Of a DNA stretch of 52,626 bases, positions 10,348-19,587 are shown in pieces. Under the pieces are notes generated by a model, which was not told the DNA's origin, made no database searches, and worked only from the letters and a program-made list of their open reading frames with translations. Positions within the stretch are counted from its first letter, which is position 1. Each line of letters starts with the position of its first letter. This DNA comes from Methanomicrobiales archaeon (GTDB lineage Archaea; Halobacteriota; Methanomicrobia; Methanomicrobiales; JACTUA01). Both the position numbers and the translations under genes were made by a program. The stretch lies in the NCBI GenBank assembly GCA_029907705.1, contig JARYLJ010000006.1:10271-62896 (forward strand), written 5' to 3'.

Positions 10348-10929
10348 TGCCCTGAGTTCTCTCTCTCTGAAGCCGGCAACCATCACCCGGTTCATCACGA
10401 GCCCGGATGACGGGTGTTCACCGATCGGATGCTGCCGGGGGATCGATGGCATTCGTCACCATCTTTTCCGGAGCGATCTTCCGTTCGACAGGTTCGCACC
10501 CTTCCATCGCATGCCCCGGGGAGAATAGCCATTTATAATCCGAGAAAGAGGGAGGGGAAATCGATCGCCTGAAAACATCAGAGAAGCGCCATACGGGTGG
10601 TTATCCATCGCCTGGTTAATAATGCAATCATCCGGGTATCCGACGAGTGATGCATATGCCTGTTTTTATAAAAGTAAAATGATCATTCCCCTTCATCGAT
10701 CCGTTGGTTCAATGGTTCGTCGGGGTATCCTGAACGCAATGCCTATCAGGGGGACATGGCTACTTGCCGGCGATGTTTTCCATACCGCTGGAGGGGGAGA
10801 TCATGAGAGCGGCGGATGCGCGGTGTATGGAGGAGCCACGGCAGTATTCATGGGCACTGGATCACCCCCGGTCGGGTCGGGGAGGATTGACTATGCCACG
10901 TATCGAACAATGACCGAAAAAATGATCGG

Positions 10930-12846
10930 TCACCTGTTTTTCTTTATGAAGTATATGTTCAACACGACAACGGCGATGATCAGGACGACCGCCATGAACA
11001 CGAATATGGAAGGTACGCCTTCGTCCACCACCTCCATAACCACGACGGTGGTGGTCTGGACCGGTGTCTTCGTCGGCATCTGCGTCTTCATGGTGGGCAC
11101 GGTCGGCAGTACCGTGGGAAGCGGTGGGATCACGGTCGCCGGTTTCACCGAGACGAGCGCGAATGTGGATAACCCGTTCGGTGAATCCGCGACGTAGTTG
11201 AAGTTCGTGAACTGATCGTACCCCTCCTGCCGCGTCGGAAGGATGGTCGCGACCCCGTCGCTCAGCCTCATGATCCTGATGCTGTTCTTTCCGCCGTTCT
11301 TCGAGACCCATTCCTGCGGGATCGTCATCCTGATCGTCGCAGGTGCAGCGCCGGTGATGTTGATCGTCCTGATATCGGCGAGGTATGCGAAGGAGGCGAT
11401 CTCCAGCTTCTCGCGGTAGGCGCCGATCTGGAACGCCTTCTTCTCCTCGTCCGTCGGGGCATCCTTCAGCAGGAATCGTATCGCCGCCGTATCGTTCAGC
11501 GAAGGCAGAGAGCCGAGTCTCGCGCTCACGTAGAAGAGGAACTTCCCGCCCAGTTCCTTCACCTCGCCCATGATGGGCGGCTCCGTCTCCAGCATGATGT
11601 TCTTCACCCTGCCGCTGACCGTATTGTTCACAGGCATGAGCGGTTCCTCGGTCTCTATGGTGAGCTTCAGCCCCTTCGGCTTCGCGACGATGCTCCTGGA
11701 GAAGATGCTCACCTCCTCGCTGGAGCCGAGGAGATAGACGGTGATCGTCTGCCCGCCGTTCTCGTCTGCCCGGACTTCAGAGGCGAGGACGTATACCCTC
11801 AGGTACTCGTAGGGGAGCGCCCCTCCGCCGCCCGTGGGGAAGAAGAAGGCTCCACCGCCTCCTCCTCCGCCACCCCCACCGCCGCCTCCGCCACCGCCTC
11901 CGGCAGCGGTGGTGGAAGCACTGCTGGTGACCGCTGTGCTGTTGATATTCCCGCTTGTATCGACCGTCTTCAACCCGATCGTATAGCTCGTGCTCGCAGA
12001 GAGGCCTGTGGCCGTGTACGAACTGGTCGGCGTGGAGAGGTTGGTCTTGAAATTACCATTGAGCTCCACGATGACATGGCTGAAGTCATGGTCTGGCGGG
12101 TTTTCCCATGCCCAGGTGATGGAGGATGAAGTGGTGCCCGTGCTGTGCAGGTTATTGACGCTCGCCGGGGGGGTGGTGTCGAGAATACGGACAACCTTGT
12201 TGAGTACAACGATACTATCAACCGTGCAGTGGAAGGTGAGGTTACCGGACGAAGCTCCACTCACCGTGAAGCTCCGGACTGAATTCTCCGACCCTGTCTT
12301 GTTGCCGGTGAACGACAGCGCAACGGTACAGGGCTGATTCGTATCCTTCACACCCCCTTCCACGCGGATGAAGTCATACATGCCTTCTGTGAAATCCCTG
12401 TGCTCCGTGGTGGAGACGACGCCGGCTCCGGAATCCGTCACATTCTTGCTCCTCGTGCTCCCCCCTTTCTTCACGGAGAAGTTCACCCAGTGCATGTTGG
12501 TTCCACTGACGTTCAGGTTCCCGTCTTCGAGTGTGAAGGGCATATCGAAGTTCGTGAGCTGATACGAGACGATTGCACCTGCGGGATACAGGTCGGTACT
12601 GCTTATCGTCAGGTTCACCACGCTGCCGTTCCCAAGACCGGTAACATTCAGCGTGAGGCTCTCGCCCGAACTCACCTGAACGGGATAGAGATCCATGCTG
12701 ACCGCAGCGGCAACCGAAATGGCACCGGAAATAAAAAATGACAGCAAGAGCAGGATTTGGAACAGGGCACTTCTATCGCGGAAAATTGCTCCCGAAACAT
12801 CTTTACCGGCCATAATCCTCTTCGAAAATTTAATTACTCTCCTCAT
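10930..12846 (-). CDS. Large secreted cell-surface protein with a signal peptide, Ig/FN3-like beta-rich repeats, a 17-Gly linker and a C-terminal transmembrane anchor (PGF-CTERM-like)
   Basis: Signal peptide ALFQILLLLSFFISGAISVAAAVS, S/T/N-rich repeats, poly-Gly, and a C-terminal hydrophobic helix followed by KKNR. Start chosen at the ATG at 12846 (MRRVIKF). The ATG at 12813 is an alternative. Confidence 0.7.
   Translation of the reverse strand: MRRVIKFSKRIMAGKDVSGAIFRDRSALFQILLLLSFFISGAISVAAAVSMDLYPVQVSSGESLTLNVTGLGNGSVVNLTISSTDLYPAGAIVSYQLTNFDMPFTLEDGNLNVSGTNMHWVNFSVKKGGSTRSKNVTDSGAGVVSTTEHRDFTEGMYDFIRVEGGVKDTNQPCTVALSFTGNKTGSENSVRSFTVSGASSGNLTFHCTVDSIVVLNKVVRILDTTPPASVNNLHSTGTTSSSITWAWENPPDHDFSHVIVELNGNFKTNLSTPTSSYTATGLSASTSYTIGLKTVDTSGNINSTAVTSSASTTAAGGGGGGGGGGGGGGGGGAFFFPTGGGGALPYEYLRVYVLASEVRADENGGQTITVYLLGSSEEVSIFSRSIVAKPKGLKLTIETEEPLMPVNNTVSGRVKNIMLETEPPIMGEVKELGGKFLFYVSARLGSLPSLNDTAAIRFLLKDAPTDEEKKAFQIGAYREKLEIASFAYLADIRTINITGAAPATIRMTIPQEWVSKNGGKNSIRIMRLSDGVATILPTRQEGYDQFTNFNYVADSPNGLSTFALVSVKPATVIPPLPTVLPTVPTMKTQMPTKTPVQTTTVVVMEVVDEGVPSIFVFMAVVLIIAVVVLNIYFIKKNR
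11851..11901 (-). repeat. (GGN)17 trinucleotide tract encoding a 17-residue poly-glycine run
   Basis: Plus strand tccaccgcctcctcctccgccacccccaccgccgcctccgccaccgcctcc. Its reverse complement reads gga ggc ggt ggc and so on. Confidence 0.9.
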
Positions 12847-12977
12847 GTCAAAAATGTTTCTGATTAATTCGGCGTCGGATGGGGGATCCTTTTCGAAGAC
12901 CGGAAAAAATTTGATTAAATGCGAAGGATTTCTGAGGTATAATTGCAGTGACGGCCGGACGGAGGACAGGAAGAATA

Positions 12978-14213
12978 ATGGTGAATCGGGAAACGAGCGG
13001 TGCTGCCTTGCATCTCTTATTAGTTGCATCCATCTCGCTCTCTCTTATAGCCACCCATGCATCTGCCGTGGTGATCGAATGCACGAACGAATATGTGGGG
13101 GAGGGGGATACGATCAGGGTGGTTTACCGGGGGCTCCCTGATGGTGCGCACCTCTCGGTCCTGATCGAGGGGGAGCTCGCCCCAGAGGATGGCTACTATG
13201 TGCTGGAGGCGGCCGGTCTCTTCATGCCGGCCTCCCTGCTGAACGGGAGCATCATTGCCTCTGCAGAGAATGCGGCATCCGCCGAAATCTCCATAAAAAA
13301 GGGCAGTTCAACCGTTTCCGCTTCGGAGGAATCGACGAGCGGCAGCATTCGCATCATGGAGAGGAGGAATGTGGCCACAGGGATCTACGAACAGATGAAG
13401 ATCGACGGATCCGCACTCGATCGCGATAAGAAAGTGCTGGCGAGGATACAGCTCACCGGAGAGAAGAGCGGCCCTGCCGATGCGGAGATCTCCTTCGTCA
13501 TGAGACGGATCTCCGAGGGGACGGTGAGGATCGTCGTCTACGTCGATACCGTTGAATCGTTGAACCGCATCCTGCCCGTGCAGAGGGTATCGCCAGGAGG
13601 CGGGCCGGGGCCTGCATCCCCAGGATTCGCCGTTGACGTGGCAGTGACGCCGCAGGAGACGGCAACGGTGGCCGCAACCCTCCCCCACTCGTACGGCACC
13701 CTGATCGAATCCCCCGATGGCGTCCTCTCTCTTCGGGGTGCCATACCTGCAGGTCTGCATATCCTGGAGGTGAAGCCCGCCGAAATGCCGGCCGCCTGGA
13801 GGTTGATGACCCCTGCCTACGCGGTATCTCCCGAAGGAATCGAACTGGAAGAGCCATTGGAAATCGTCATCCGCCTGCCCGAGGGTTCAGAGGAGGGGGA
13901 TGTCCTCTTTATTGCGCAACTGTCGGGTCATGACTGGCGGATCCTCCCATCCCGGATCGATGGGGACCGGATCTCCGCATGGATGGAGAGGACCGGCATC
14001 TGCGCACTCATGGGGATGGCGGATGCTGTCACGGGAGGGAACGGGGTCGCGGATGGAGGGACAGAAGCACGCCCGGGCGGACCGGGGACCGGTGAAGGGA
14101 AGGAACCTGTCGAAAATCCGATTCCAGAAGTCGTTTTCATTGTGACGTTCTGCGTTGCGGCGCTCCTCGTCATCGGGTTTGCGTGGCATTCCTGGCACAG
14201 GAGGAGGGTGTAA
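12978..14213 (+). CDS. Secreted cell-surface protein with a signal peptide and a C-terminal transmembrane anchor plus RRRV tail
   Basis: Signal peptide LHLLLVASISLSLIATHASA and C-terminal VVFIVTFCVAALLVIGFAWHSWHRRRV. A TATA-like gtataatt lies about 35 nt upstream, favouring the ATG at 12978 over the track start at 12948. Confidence 0.65.
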   Translation: MVNRETSGAALHLLLVASISLSLIATHASAVVIECTNEYVGEGDTIRVVYRGLPDGAHLSVLIEGELAPEDGYYVLEAAGLFMPASLLNGSIIASAENAASAEISIKKGSSTVSASEESTSGSIRIMERRNVATGIYEQMKIDGSALDRDKKVLARIQLTGEKSGPADAEISFVMRRISEGTVRIVVYVDTVESLNRILPVQRVSPGGGPGPASPGFAVDVAVTPQETATVAATLPHSYGTLIESPDGVLSLRGAIPAGLHILEVKPAEMPAAWRLMTPAYAVSPEGIELEEPLEIVIRLPEGSEEGDVLFIAQLSGHDWRILPSRIDGDRISAWMERTGICALMGMADAVTGGNGVADGGTEARPGGPGTGEGKEPVENPIPEVVFIVTFCVAALLVIGFAWHSWHRRRV

Positions 14214-15197
14214 TTGGCCGAACGGAAGAGCGCGTCACCCTTCGCCAGTCCGGATCTCTTCCACATCCCGATCGATCTGGCTGCCATCGCCGCCTGGATC
14301 GTCATCACCGCCGTCTTCGTCCAGGTCCCGCCACTCCAGGAAAACCCTGCCAGGGTGGTCTTCGCCCTCCCCATGGTCCTCTTCGTGCCGGGGTATGCAC
14401 TGATCGCCGCGCTCTTCCCCGCGAACAGGGATCTCGATCTGATAGAGAGGATCGCGCTCTCCTTCGGCCTCTCCATCGCGGTGGTCCCTCTGACCGGCCT
14501 CATGCTCAACTACACACCCTGGGGGATCCGGCTCGTGCCCGTGCTGTTCTCCCTCCTCCTCTTCACCGTGGCGATGATCGTCATCGCCCATCTGCGCCGT
14601 CTGATGCTCCCCCGTGAGGAGAGGTTCTCGCTCCCTCTCGCAGAGATGCTGCAAGCAGCGAAGGGGTCGCTCTTTCCCGCCGGCTCGGGCCGGCTGGATC
14701 TGGCGCTCTCCATGCTGCTCGTCGCCTCGATCATCGCGGCTATCGCCACCACGGCATATGTGATTGCAGTGCCGAAGGAGGGGGAGAAGTTCACGGAGTT
14801 CTATATCCTGGGAGTGAGGGGAAAGGCGGCCGACTACCCCGGGGAGGTGATCATCGGAAGGGAGTATCCGCTCATCATCGGTATCGGGAACCACGAGTAC
14901 CGGAACGTGACCTACACGGTGGAGATACACCTGATGAACGTCACCTTCGATGTGAACGAAAGTACGCCCGCACTTCACGCCTCCGAGCTCCTCGACAGTT
15001 TCAGAGTGACCGTCGCCCACAACACGACGGAGGAGAAGCGCTGGAACCTCTCCGTTCAGCGAACGGGTTACAACAGGGTAGAGTTCCTTCTCTTCAACGA
15101 GTCGCTCCCGGATGAAGGTAGGAGGGGGATGGATCGTATTGATGCTGCCTACCGCGATCTCCACCTGTGGGTGGAGATCCGTTCATCAAACGGATGA
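14214..15197 (+). CDS. Polytopic membrane protein (DUF1616-like archaeal family) with a C-terminal soluble domain
   Basis: Four N-terminal transmembrane helices (for example VVFALPMVLFVPGYALIAALF) followed by a ~150-aa hydrophilic domain. The track starts with TTG immediately after the previous stop, so the true start is uncertain. Confidence 0.5.
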   Translation: MAERKSASPFASPDLFHIPIDLAAIAAWIVITAVFVQVPPLQENPARVVFALPMVLFVPGYALIAALFPANRDLDLIERIALSFGLSIAVVPLTGLMLNYTPWGIRLVPVLFSLLLFTVAMIVIAHLRRLMLPREERFSLPLAEMLQAAKGSLFPAGSGRLDLALSMLLVASIIAAIATTAYVIAVPKEGEKFTEFYILGVRGKAADYPGEVIIGREYPLIIGIGNHEYRNVTYTVEIHLMNVTFDVNESTPALHASELLDSFRVTVAHNTTEEKRWNLSVQRTGYNRVEFLLFNESLPDEGRRGMDRIDAAYRDLHLWVEIRSSNG

Positions 15198-15965
15198 GGA
15201 GTAGAGGAGTTTCAATGTCCGGTGCTCCTCATCCACTCCCACCTCCGCGAGTGCGACGGGCTTTTTCATCCCTTTTACCATTATGCATGCGAGGAGGCTG
15301 CAGACCGGGCAGGGATACATCGTGCAGCATCGCGGCGAGGCGGATCGGACGGCCTCGCATCCCGACATGAGTCTGAAACCCTGAATCTCGACCACGATAT
15401 CTTCGTTAACCCTCGATATCGATACGGCGTCCGCCAACTCGAGTGCGTCCTCCAGCACCTCCCTCATCGCGATGAAGATCCCCTCCTCCACTTCTGGTAT
15501 CTGCAGGGCATGCCGTCCCTTCAGCCATTTCAGCAGGGGTGCACCGGCAGGTTCGATCGCCATACCGTAGCTCCCCTCGGTGGCATGGAATATCCCTTTA
15601 TATACGCCCTGCGGGGGCTGAAATGCACCCGCCGCGATCCAATGGATCAGGTGACCGCTGCTCTTGCTCCACGGATCTTCGAGGACGTAACCCCTCTCCT
15701 GCAACCCGAGTTCACCGGCGATGGAGCAGATGGTGATGGCCCCCTCCACAGGGAGGAGAGCCGCGATCCCCGGATCGATCCCGCTCTCCTTTGTGAAGGT
15801 AAGCAACAGAATCGCCGTGAAGAAGGCGGCCGCAGCACAGAGTACCAGGGTCGCACCGACCAGATCCCTTCTCCCGAGAAGGAACGCGAGAACGAGCAGA
15901 ACCAGTGCCAGCGTAAAGAGCGCGATCGCTGCCTTCTCGTGTTCTCCCGGTGCCCTCACACCCAT
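15186..15965 (-). CDS. Membrane protein of unknown function (3 transmembrane helices plus a Cys-rich C-terminal domain), last gene of the MoxR operon
   Basis: Hydrophobic N-terminus and a CCTMYPCPVCSLLAC motif. Its start overlaps the stop of the upstream gene by 10 nt. Confidence 0.55.
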   Translation of the reverse strand: MGVRAPGEHEKAAIALFTLALVLLVLAFLLGRRDLVGATLVLCAAAAFFTAILLLTFTKESGIDPGIAALLPVEGAITICSIAGELGLQERGYVLEDPWSKSSGHLIHWIAAGAFQPPQGVYKGIFHATEGSYGMAIEPAGAPLLKWLKGRHALQIPEVEEGIFIAMREVLEDALELADAVSISRVNEDIVVEIQGFRLMSGCEAVRSASPRCCTMYPCPVCSLLACIMVKGMKKPVALAEVGVDEEHRTLKLLYSSSV

Positions 15966-16420
15966 TCACCCCCGGCGGCACTCACCCGGTAGAGGACGAG
16001 GAGGGCGATGCCCGAGATCAGAGAAGCGATCGCAAGAAGGAGGAGCGATCGGACGATCTGGGACGGCAGGGAGAGAAGGAGCCAGGTTACGGGGACAATG
16101 AGGAGGAAAAGGATCGCATACGCCCCCGCCTCGTGGCGGGGGAAGGGATCCCTCGCCATGACGATGTAGAGGGAGAGCGTCAGGATCTGGGTGATGAGCA
16201 CAACGGCAGGAGCGCCCCCGCTCAGCACCGCCAGAATCGTGCCCAGCGAGAGAACGAGGATGCGTGCCGGACCACCTCCATCCCACAGAGCGGCGATCAG
16301 TGTGATCAGGAGTGCGATGGGAAGGTACGGCACGAATCCATGGGCAACTGCCTGCCATGCACCGGTGATGAGCAAGAGAGCAGAGATGAGTAAAATCAGA
16401 TATCTCCGCGATAGGGACAT
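15956..16420 (-). CDS. Small polytopic membrane protein (4 transmembrane helices), part of the MoxR operon
   Basis: Entirely hydrophobic helices. It is contiguous with both neighbouring genes on the same strand. Confidence 0.55.
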   Translation of the reverse strand: MSLSRRYLILLISALLLITGAWQAVAHGFVPYLPIALLITLIAALWDGGGPARILVLSLGTILAVLSGGAPAVVLITQILTLSLYIVMARDPFPRHEAGAYAILFLLIVPVTWLLLSLPSQIVRSLLLLAIASLISGIALLVLYRVSAAGGEWV

Positions 16421-17730
16421 CAGATCGCCTCAACGCTCTGGATGCCCGTATGCCTCAATGTATGGATCTCTCTACCCGTCATGGCGCTTCCGGGCACCCG
16501 AAGATGGATGCGGTGTCTCTGCCTCGCTGCCTCGTCCACCAGTATACGGATGTGGCTGATGTCCCCTTTCATGAGGCTGAATATGTAGAGCTCGGAGGAT
16601 GGAACTCTGCCGAGGAGGGAGACGAGTTGCTGTTCATACGGTATCGTCCCCTGCATACGGGCTGCATGCCCCATCAGGCGCAGAAGATCGCGCAGGTAAT
16701 CGCCTGCCGTGCTGTATTCCGAAGGCAACGTGTTCAGGTGCGAACTCAGCTCCCTGGCGCGCGATATCATCGCTGAACGGTCGTGGTAACGGATGAGGGG
16801 GACGTGCCCTTCGCCGCATTGTAACCCGCCCTGCAGGCGGTACCAGCTGCGCGGATCTCCCACGACGGGCTCCACCCGGATCAGGTTCGCACCGGAGACG
16901 ACGCATATCTCGCACCTGGCGCCGCTCCTCAGCACCTCCTCGAGGAGGCGGTCCATCGATGCGACCAGGCGGTCGAACGCCGCACGCTGCCGTTCATCGC
17001 CGGGCAGGTCGAGGAAGAGGAGCGACGGGAGGGTGGTGACGCCCGAAAATTCCCTCACCATCGTTGCATCCCGTTTCGCGCTCAGCTTCCAGTCGATCCG
17101 TCTGGAATCGTCCCCCGCCCTGAAGCGGCGGAACTCCCTCACCGTCTGTCCCGCCGGAGAGGTGATCCGCTCCACTTCATGCCCTTCGCCTGTGGATGCC
17201 CTGCCGGCCTGGTATGCAGATGCAGGCATCGCCATGATCCCTGGGCCAGTGAAGTTCGCGGACCGCAGCTCATGCATGGACGAGAAGAAGAGATCGCGGC
17301 ACGTGATGCGTATTCCTTCGAAACGGAGATCCCCCCTTCCCAGGACGCGGATCAGGTACTCCATCCTGCCCTTCTTCTTCCTTCGGTCCAGATCTGCCTT
17401 TCCCGACCCCCGGAGGATCTCTGCTGCCTTCGGGGGCATCTCCTCGATCAGGAGACCCATCGCAGACTCTTCACGCAGCTCTGCGATGGTGCTGACCCTC
17501 GTGGTGCCGCCCTGCCTCAGGATCAGAGGTCTGACCTCCCGCTCGATCGCGAGGGACGAGACGATTCCTCTGACCCTCCATGCATGCATGCACGCCTCTC
17601 CGGATATGAAGAGGATCATCACCATCGCCGGTATCGCAGGGGCGGGGTCCGAAATGAAGATGCCAAGGAGCAGGAGCATCACCGAAAGTCCGATCACTGC
17701 CAGTGCGGGTGATGCGGGTTGCACCTTCAA
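16420..17730 (-). CDS. DUF58 (vWA-like) family protein, MoxR partner, with an N-terminal transmembrane anchor
   Basis: Carries the DUF58 motif RRIDWKLSAKRDATMVREF. Overlaps the moxR stop by 4 nt. Confidence 0.75.
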   Translation of the reverse strand: MKVQPASPALAVIGLSVMLLLLGIFISDPAPAIPAMVMILFISGEACMHAWRVRGIVSSLAIEREVRPLILRQGGTTRVSTIAELREESAMGLLIEEMPPKAAEILRGSGKADLDRRKKKGRMEYLIRVLGRGDLRFEGIRITCRDLFFSSMHELRSANFTGPGIMAMPASAYQAGRASTGEGHEVERITSPAGQTVREFRRFRAGDDSRRIDWKLSAKRDATMVREFSGVTTLPSLLFLDLPGDERQRAAFDRLVASMDRLLEEVLRSGARCEICVVSGANLIRVEPVVGDPRSWYRLQGGLQCGEGHVPLIRYHDRSAMISRARELSSHLNTLPSEYSTAGDYLRDLLRLMGHAARMQGTIPYEQQLVSLLGRVPSSELYIFSLMKGDISHIRILVDEAARQRHRIHLRVPGSAMTGREIHTLRHTGIQSVEAI

Positions 17731-18692
17731 GGGACCTCCACCGTCCGTAGCAGTTCCTCGATCACGCCTGCAGTGGTGATACCGGCGATCTCCGCCTCGC
17801 GCTTCAGCACCAGACGGTGCTGCAGCACCGGCAGGCTCAGTCTCTTCACATCGTCAGGAAGTACGTAATCCCTGCCCTGCAGGGCAGCGAGCGACTTGCC
17901 CGCCCGGACGAACGCGATGGAAGCACGCGTGCTCGCACCGAGTGCGATGTCCTGGTGCCTGCGCGTCGCCATCACCAGATCCCGGATATACCGGCGGACG
18001 GGCTCTTCCATCCTCACCTGCTGCAGCTCTGTGGAGATACAATTGATCCGCTCTGCCGTGGTTATCGGCCTCAGCCCCTCGAAGAAATTCTCCCATTCGA
18101 GGAGACCCGAGTCCTCTCTCCTGATCACCTCCAGCTCCTCCTCCCCGTCCAGGTGGCTGGCGATCGAACTGAGCATGAACCGATCCTTCTGCGCCTCGAT
18201 GAGCGGGAAGGTCCCCTCCAGTTCGTACGGGTTCTGGGTCGCCACCACAAAGAAGGGCGAATGCAGGGGGATTGTGATCCCGTCAATGGTCACCTGGAGT
18301 TCGCTCATCGCCTCGATGAATGCGGACTGGGTCTTCGGCGTGATGCGGTTGATCTCGTCGATGAGGAGGATGTTCGTGAAGATGGGCCCCTTCTTCAGCT
18401 CGAAATCGCCCCGCCCCCGGTTGAAGACCCTGACCCCCGTGATGTCCGCCGGCTGGACATCCATCGCACACTGCACCCGGCCATACTGGCAACCGGCGAG
18501 CCTCGAGATCGCCTTCACGATCGTGGTCTTCGCCGTGCCCGGGACACCCTCTATGAGGATGTGCCCCCGGCTCACGAGTGCGATGAAGATCAGTTCCGCC
18601 AGCTCCTGATGCCCCACGATGAATTCGCTGACCCTGGATCGGATTCTGTGGAATATCTCCGCAATATCTGTGATCCCGGTATTATGCTCCAT
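17727..18692 (-). CDS. MoxR-family AAA+ ATPase
   Basis: Walker A GVPGTAKTT, Walker B LLIDEINR and the MoxR-specific C-terminal region. Length 321 aa. Confidence 0.9.
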   Translation of the reverse strand: MEHNTGITDIAEIFHRIRSRVSEFIVGHQELAELIFIALVSRGHILIEGVPGTAKTTIVKAISRLAGCQYGRVQCAMDVQPADITGVRVFNRGRGDFELKKGPIFTNILLIDEINRITPKTQSAFIEAMSELQVTIDGITIPLHSPFFVVATQNPYELEGTFPLIEAQKDRFMLSSIASHLDGEEELEVIRREDSGLLEWENFFEGLRPITTAERINCISTELQQVRMEEPVRRYIRDLVMATRRHQDIALGASTRASIAFVRAGKSLAALQGRDYVLPDDVKRLSLPVLQHRLVLKREAEIAGITTAGVIEELLRTVEVP

Positions 18693-19587
18693 CCTCCTCT
18701 CCTTCGTCTCTTGCCTCCCGCCGCCACCATAAAAAGGCAGTGAGGAGTACTGTCACAGATACTAAGGCCATCTTTGCCATATATGTGCTCTTGATGAAGG
18801 CGAAGAGGGGTAGCAGGCCATCCCCTCTTCTGGTCAGGCTCACGATCTGATCCATGGCCGGCCGCCCTTCCAGTATTGCGCCGATGAATTTTCCGTTCTC
18901 CGCTGCCGTATGACCCTCCAGCATCCCGTTGATGAAGAGGCTGCCATCGCCGAGGAGATAGAGGGTACCGTTGTGAAGCGATTCGCGCACCAGTACCGGG
19001 TATGTCTGGATCGTCTCCCCCCCGCCGATCCTGCCGTCATCGTCGAGATCCCTCCAGGATAGAAGCGAAGTCTCCATGATCACCTCCGGGCCGGTCACGC
19101 CGACCGGACGGTTCAGTATCATCCGGTCCGCCATTCCGATGCCATCCTCTATCGGCACGCGGTACGCGATCGGGGTGAAAGGCGTGGAATAACCGGTATC
19201 CACGCTGCAGAGCGTGCCTTTGAGCGTCCTGGAGGAGCTGCCGAGGGATTCGAGGAGTCTGTTGGTGGCGTCTCTCTCGCCTGCGATGATGATCGTCCCT
19301 CCCCGCGAGAGGAACCCCTGGTAGGCGGCGATCGTCTCGTCAGAGAATGGCTCCTCGGGCTCCAGGATCAGGAGTGTATCAGCCTGAACGGACCGGAGCG
19401 ATTCGGGCGACGGGACCTCGAGTCCATGGTGCTCCTCCAGCAACTCGAAGAACCGGCTCGTTCCATTCCACTCGTAATTGTACCGGCTCATCTCCAGATT
19501 CGTGCTCGTGAGCTGCGCGAGCAGCATCACGATCGCGATCCCGTATATCACGTATATGACCATGCGGACCTTCTTACTCACTGCCAT
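18682..19587 (-). CDS. DUF4350-like membrane-anchored protein in the MoxR operon
   Basis: An N-terminal transmembrane helix (MVIYVIYGIAIVMLL) and a glutamine-amidotransferase-like extracytoplasmic domain. Start set to the internal ATG at 19587 (MAVSKKV). The track ORF extends to 19725. Confidence 0.55.
   Translation of the reverse strand: MAVSKKVRMVIYVIYGIAIVMLLAQLTSTNLEMSRYNYEWNGTSRFFELLEEHHGLEVPSPESLRSVQADTLLILEPEEPFSDETIAAYQGFLSRGGTIIIAGERDATNRLLESLGSSSRTLKGTLCSVDTGYSTPFTPIAYRVPIEDGIGMADRMILNRPVGVTGPEVIMETSLLSWRDLDDDGRIGGGETIQTYPVLVRESLHNGTLYLLGDGSLFINGMLEGHTAAENGKFIGAILEGRPAMDQIVSLTRRGDGLLPLFAFIKSTYMAKMALVSVTVLLTAFLWWRREARDEGEEDGA

Noticed and set aside
10622-11197. A 191-aa plus-strand ORF in the gap after the DsbA-like gene
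   Set aside because: It is antisense to the 3' end of the large surface-protein gene, and its Thr/Gly-rich sequence mirrors that gene's repeats. It is probably spurious.
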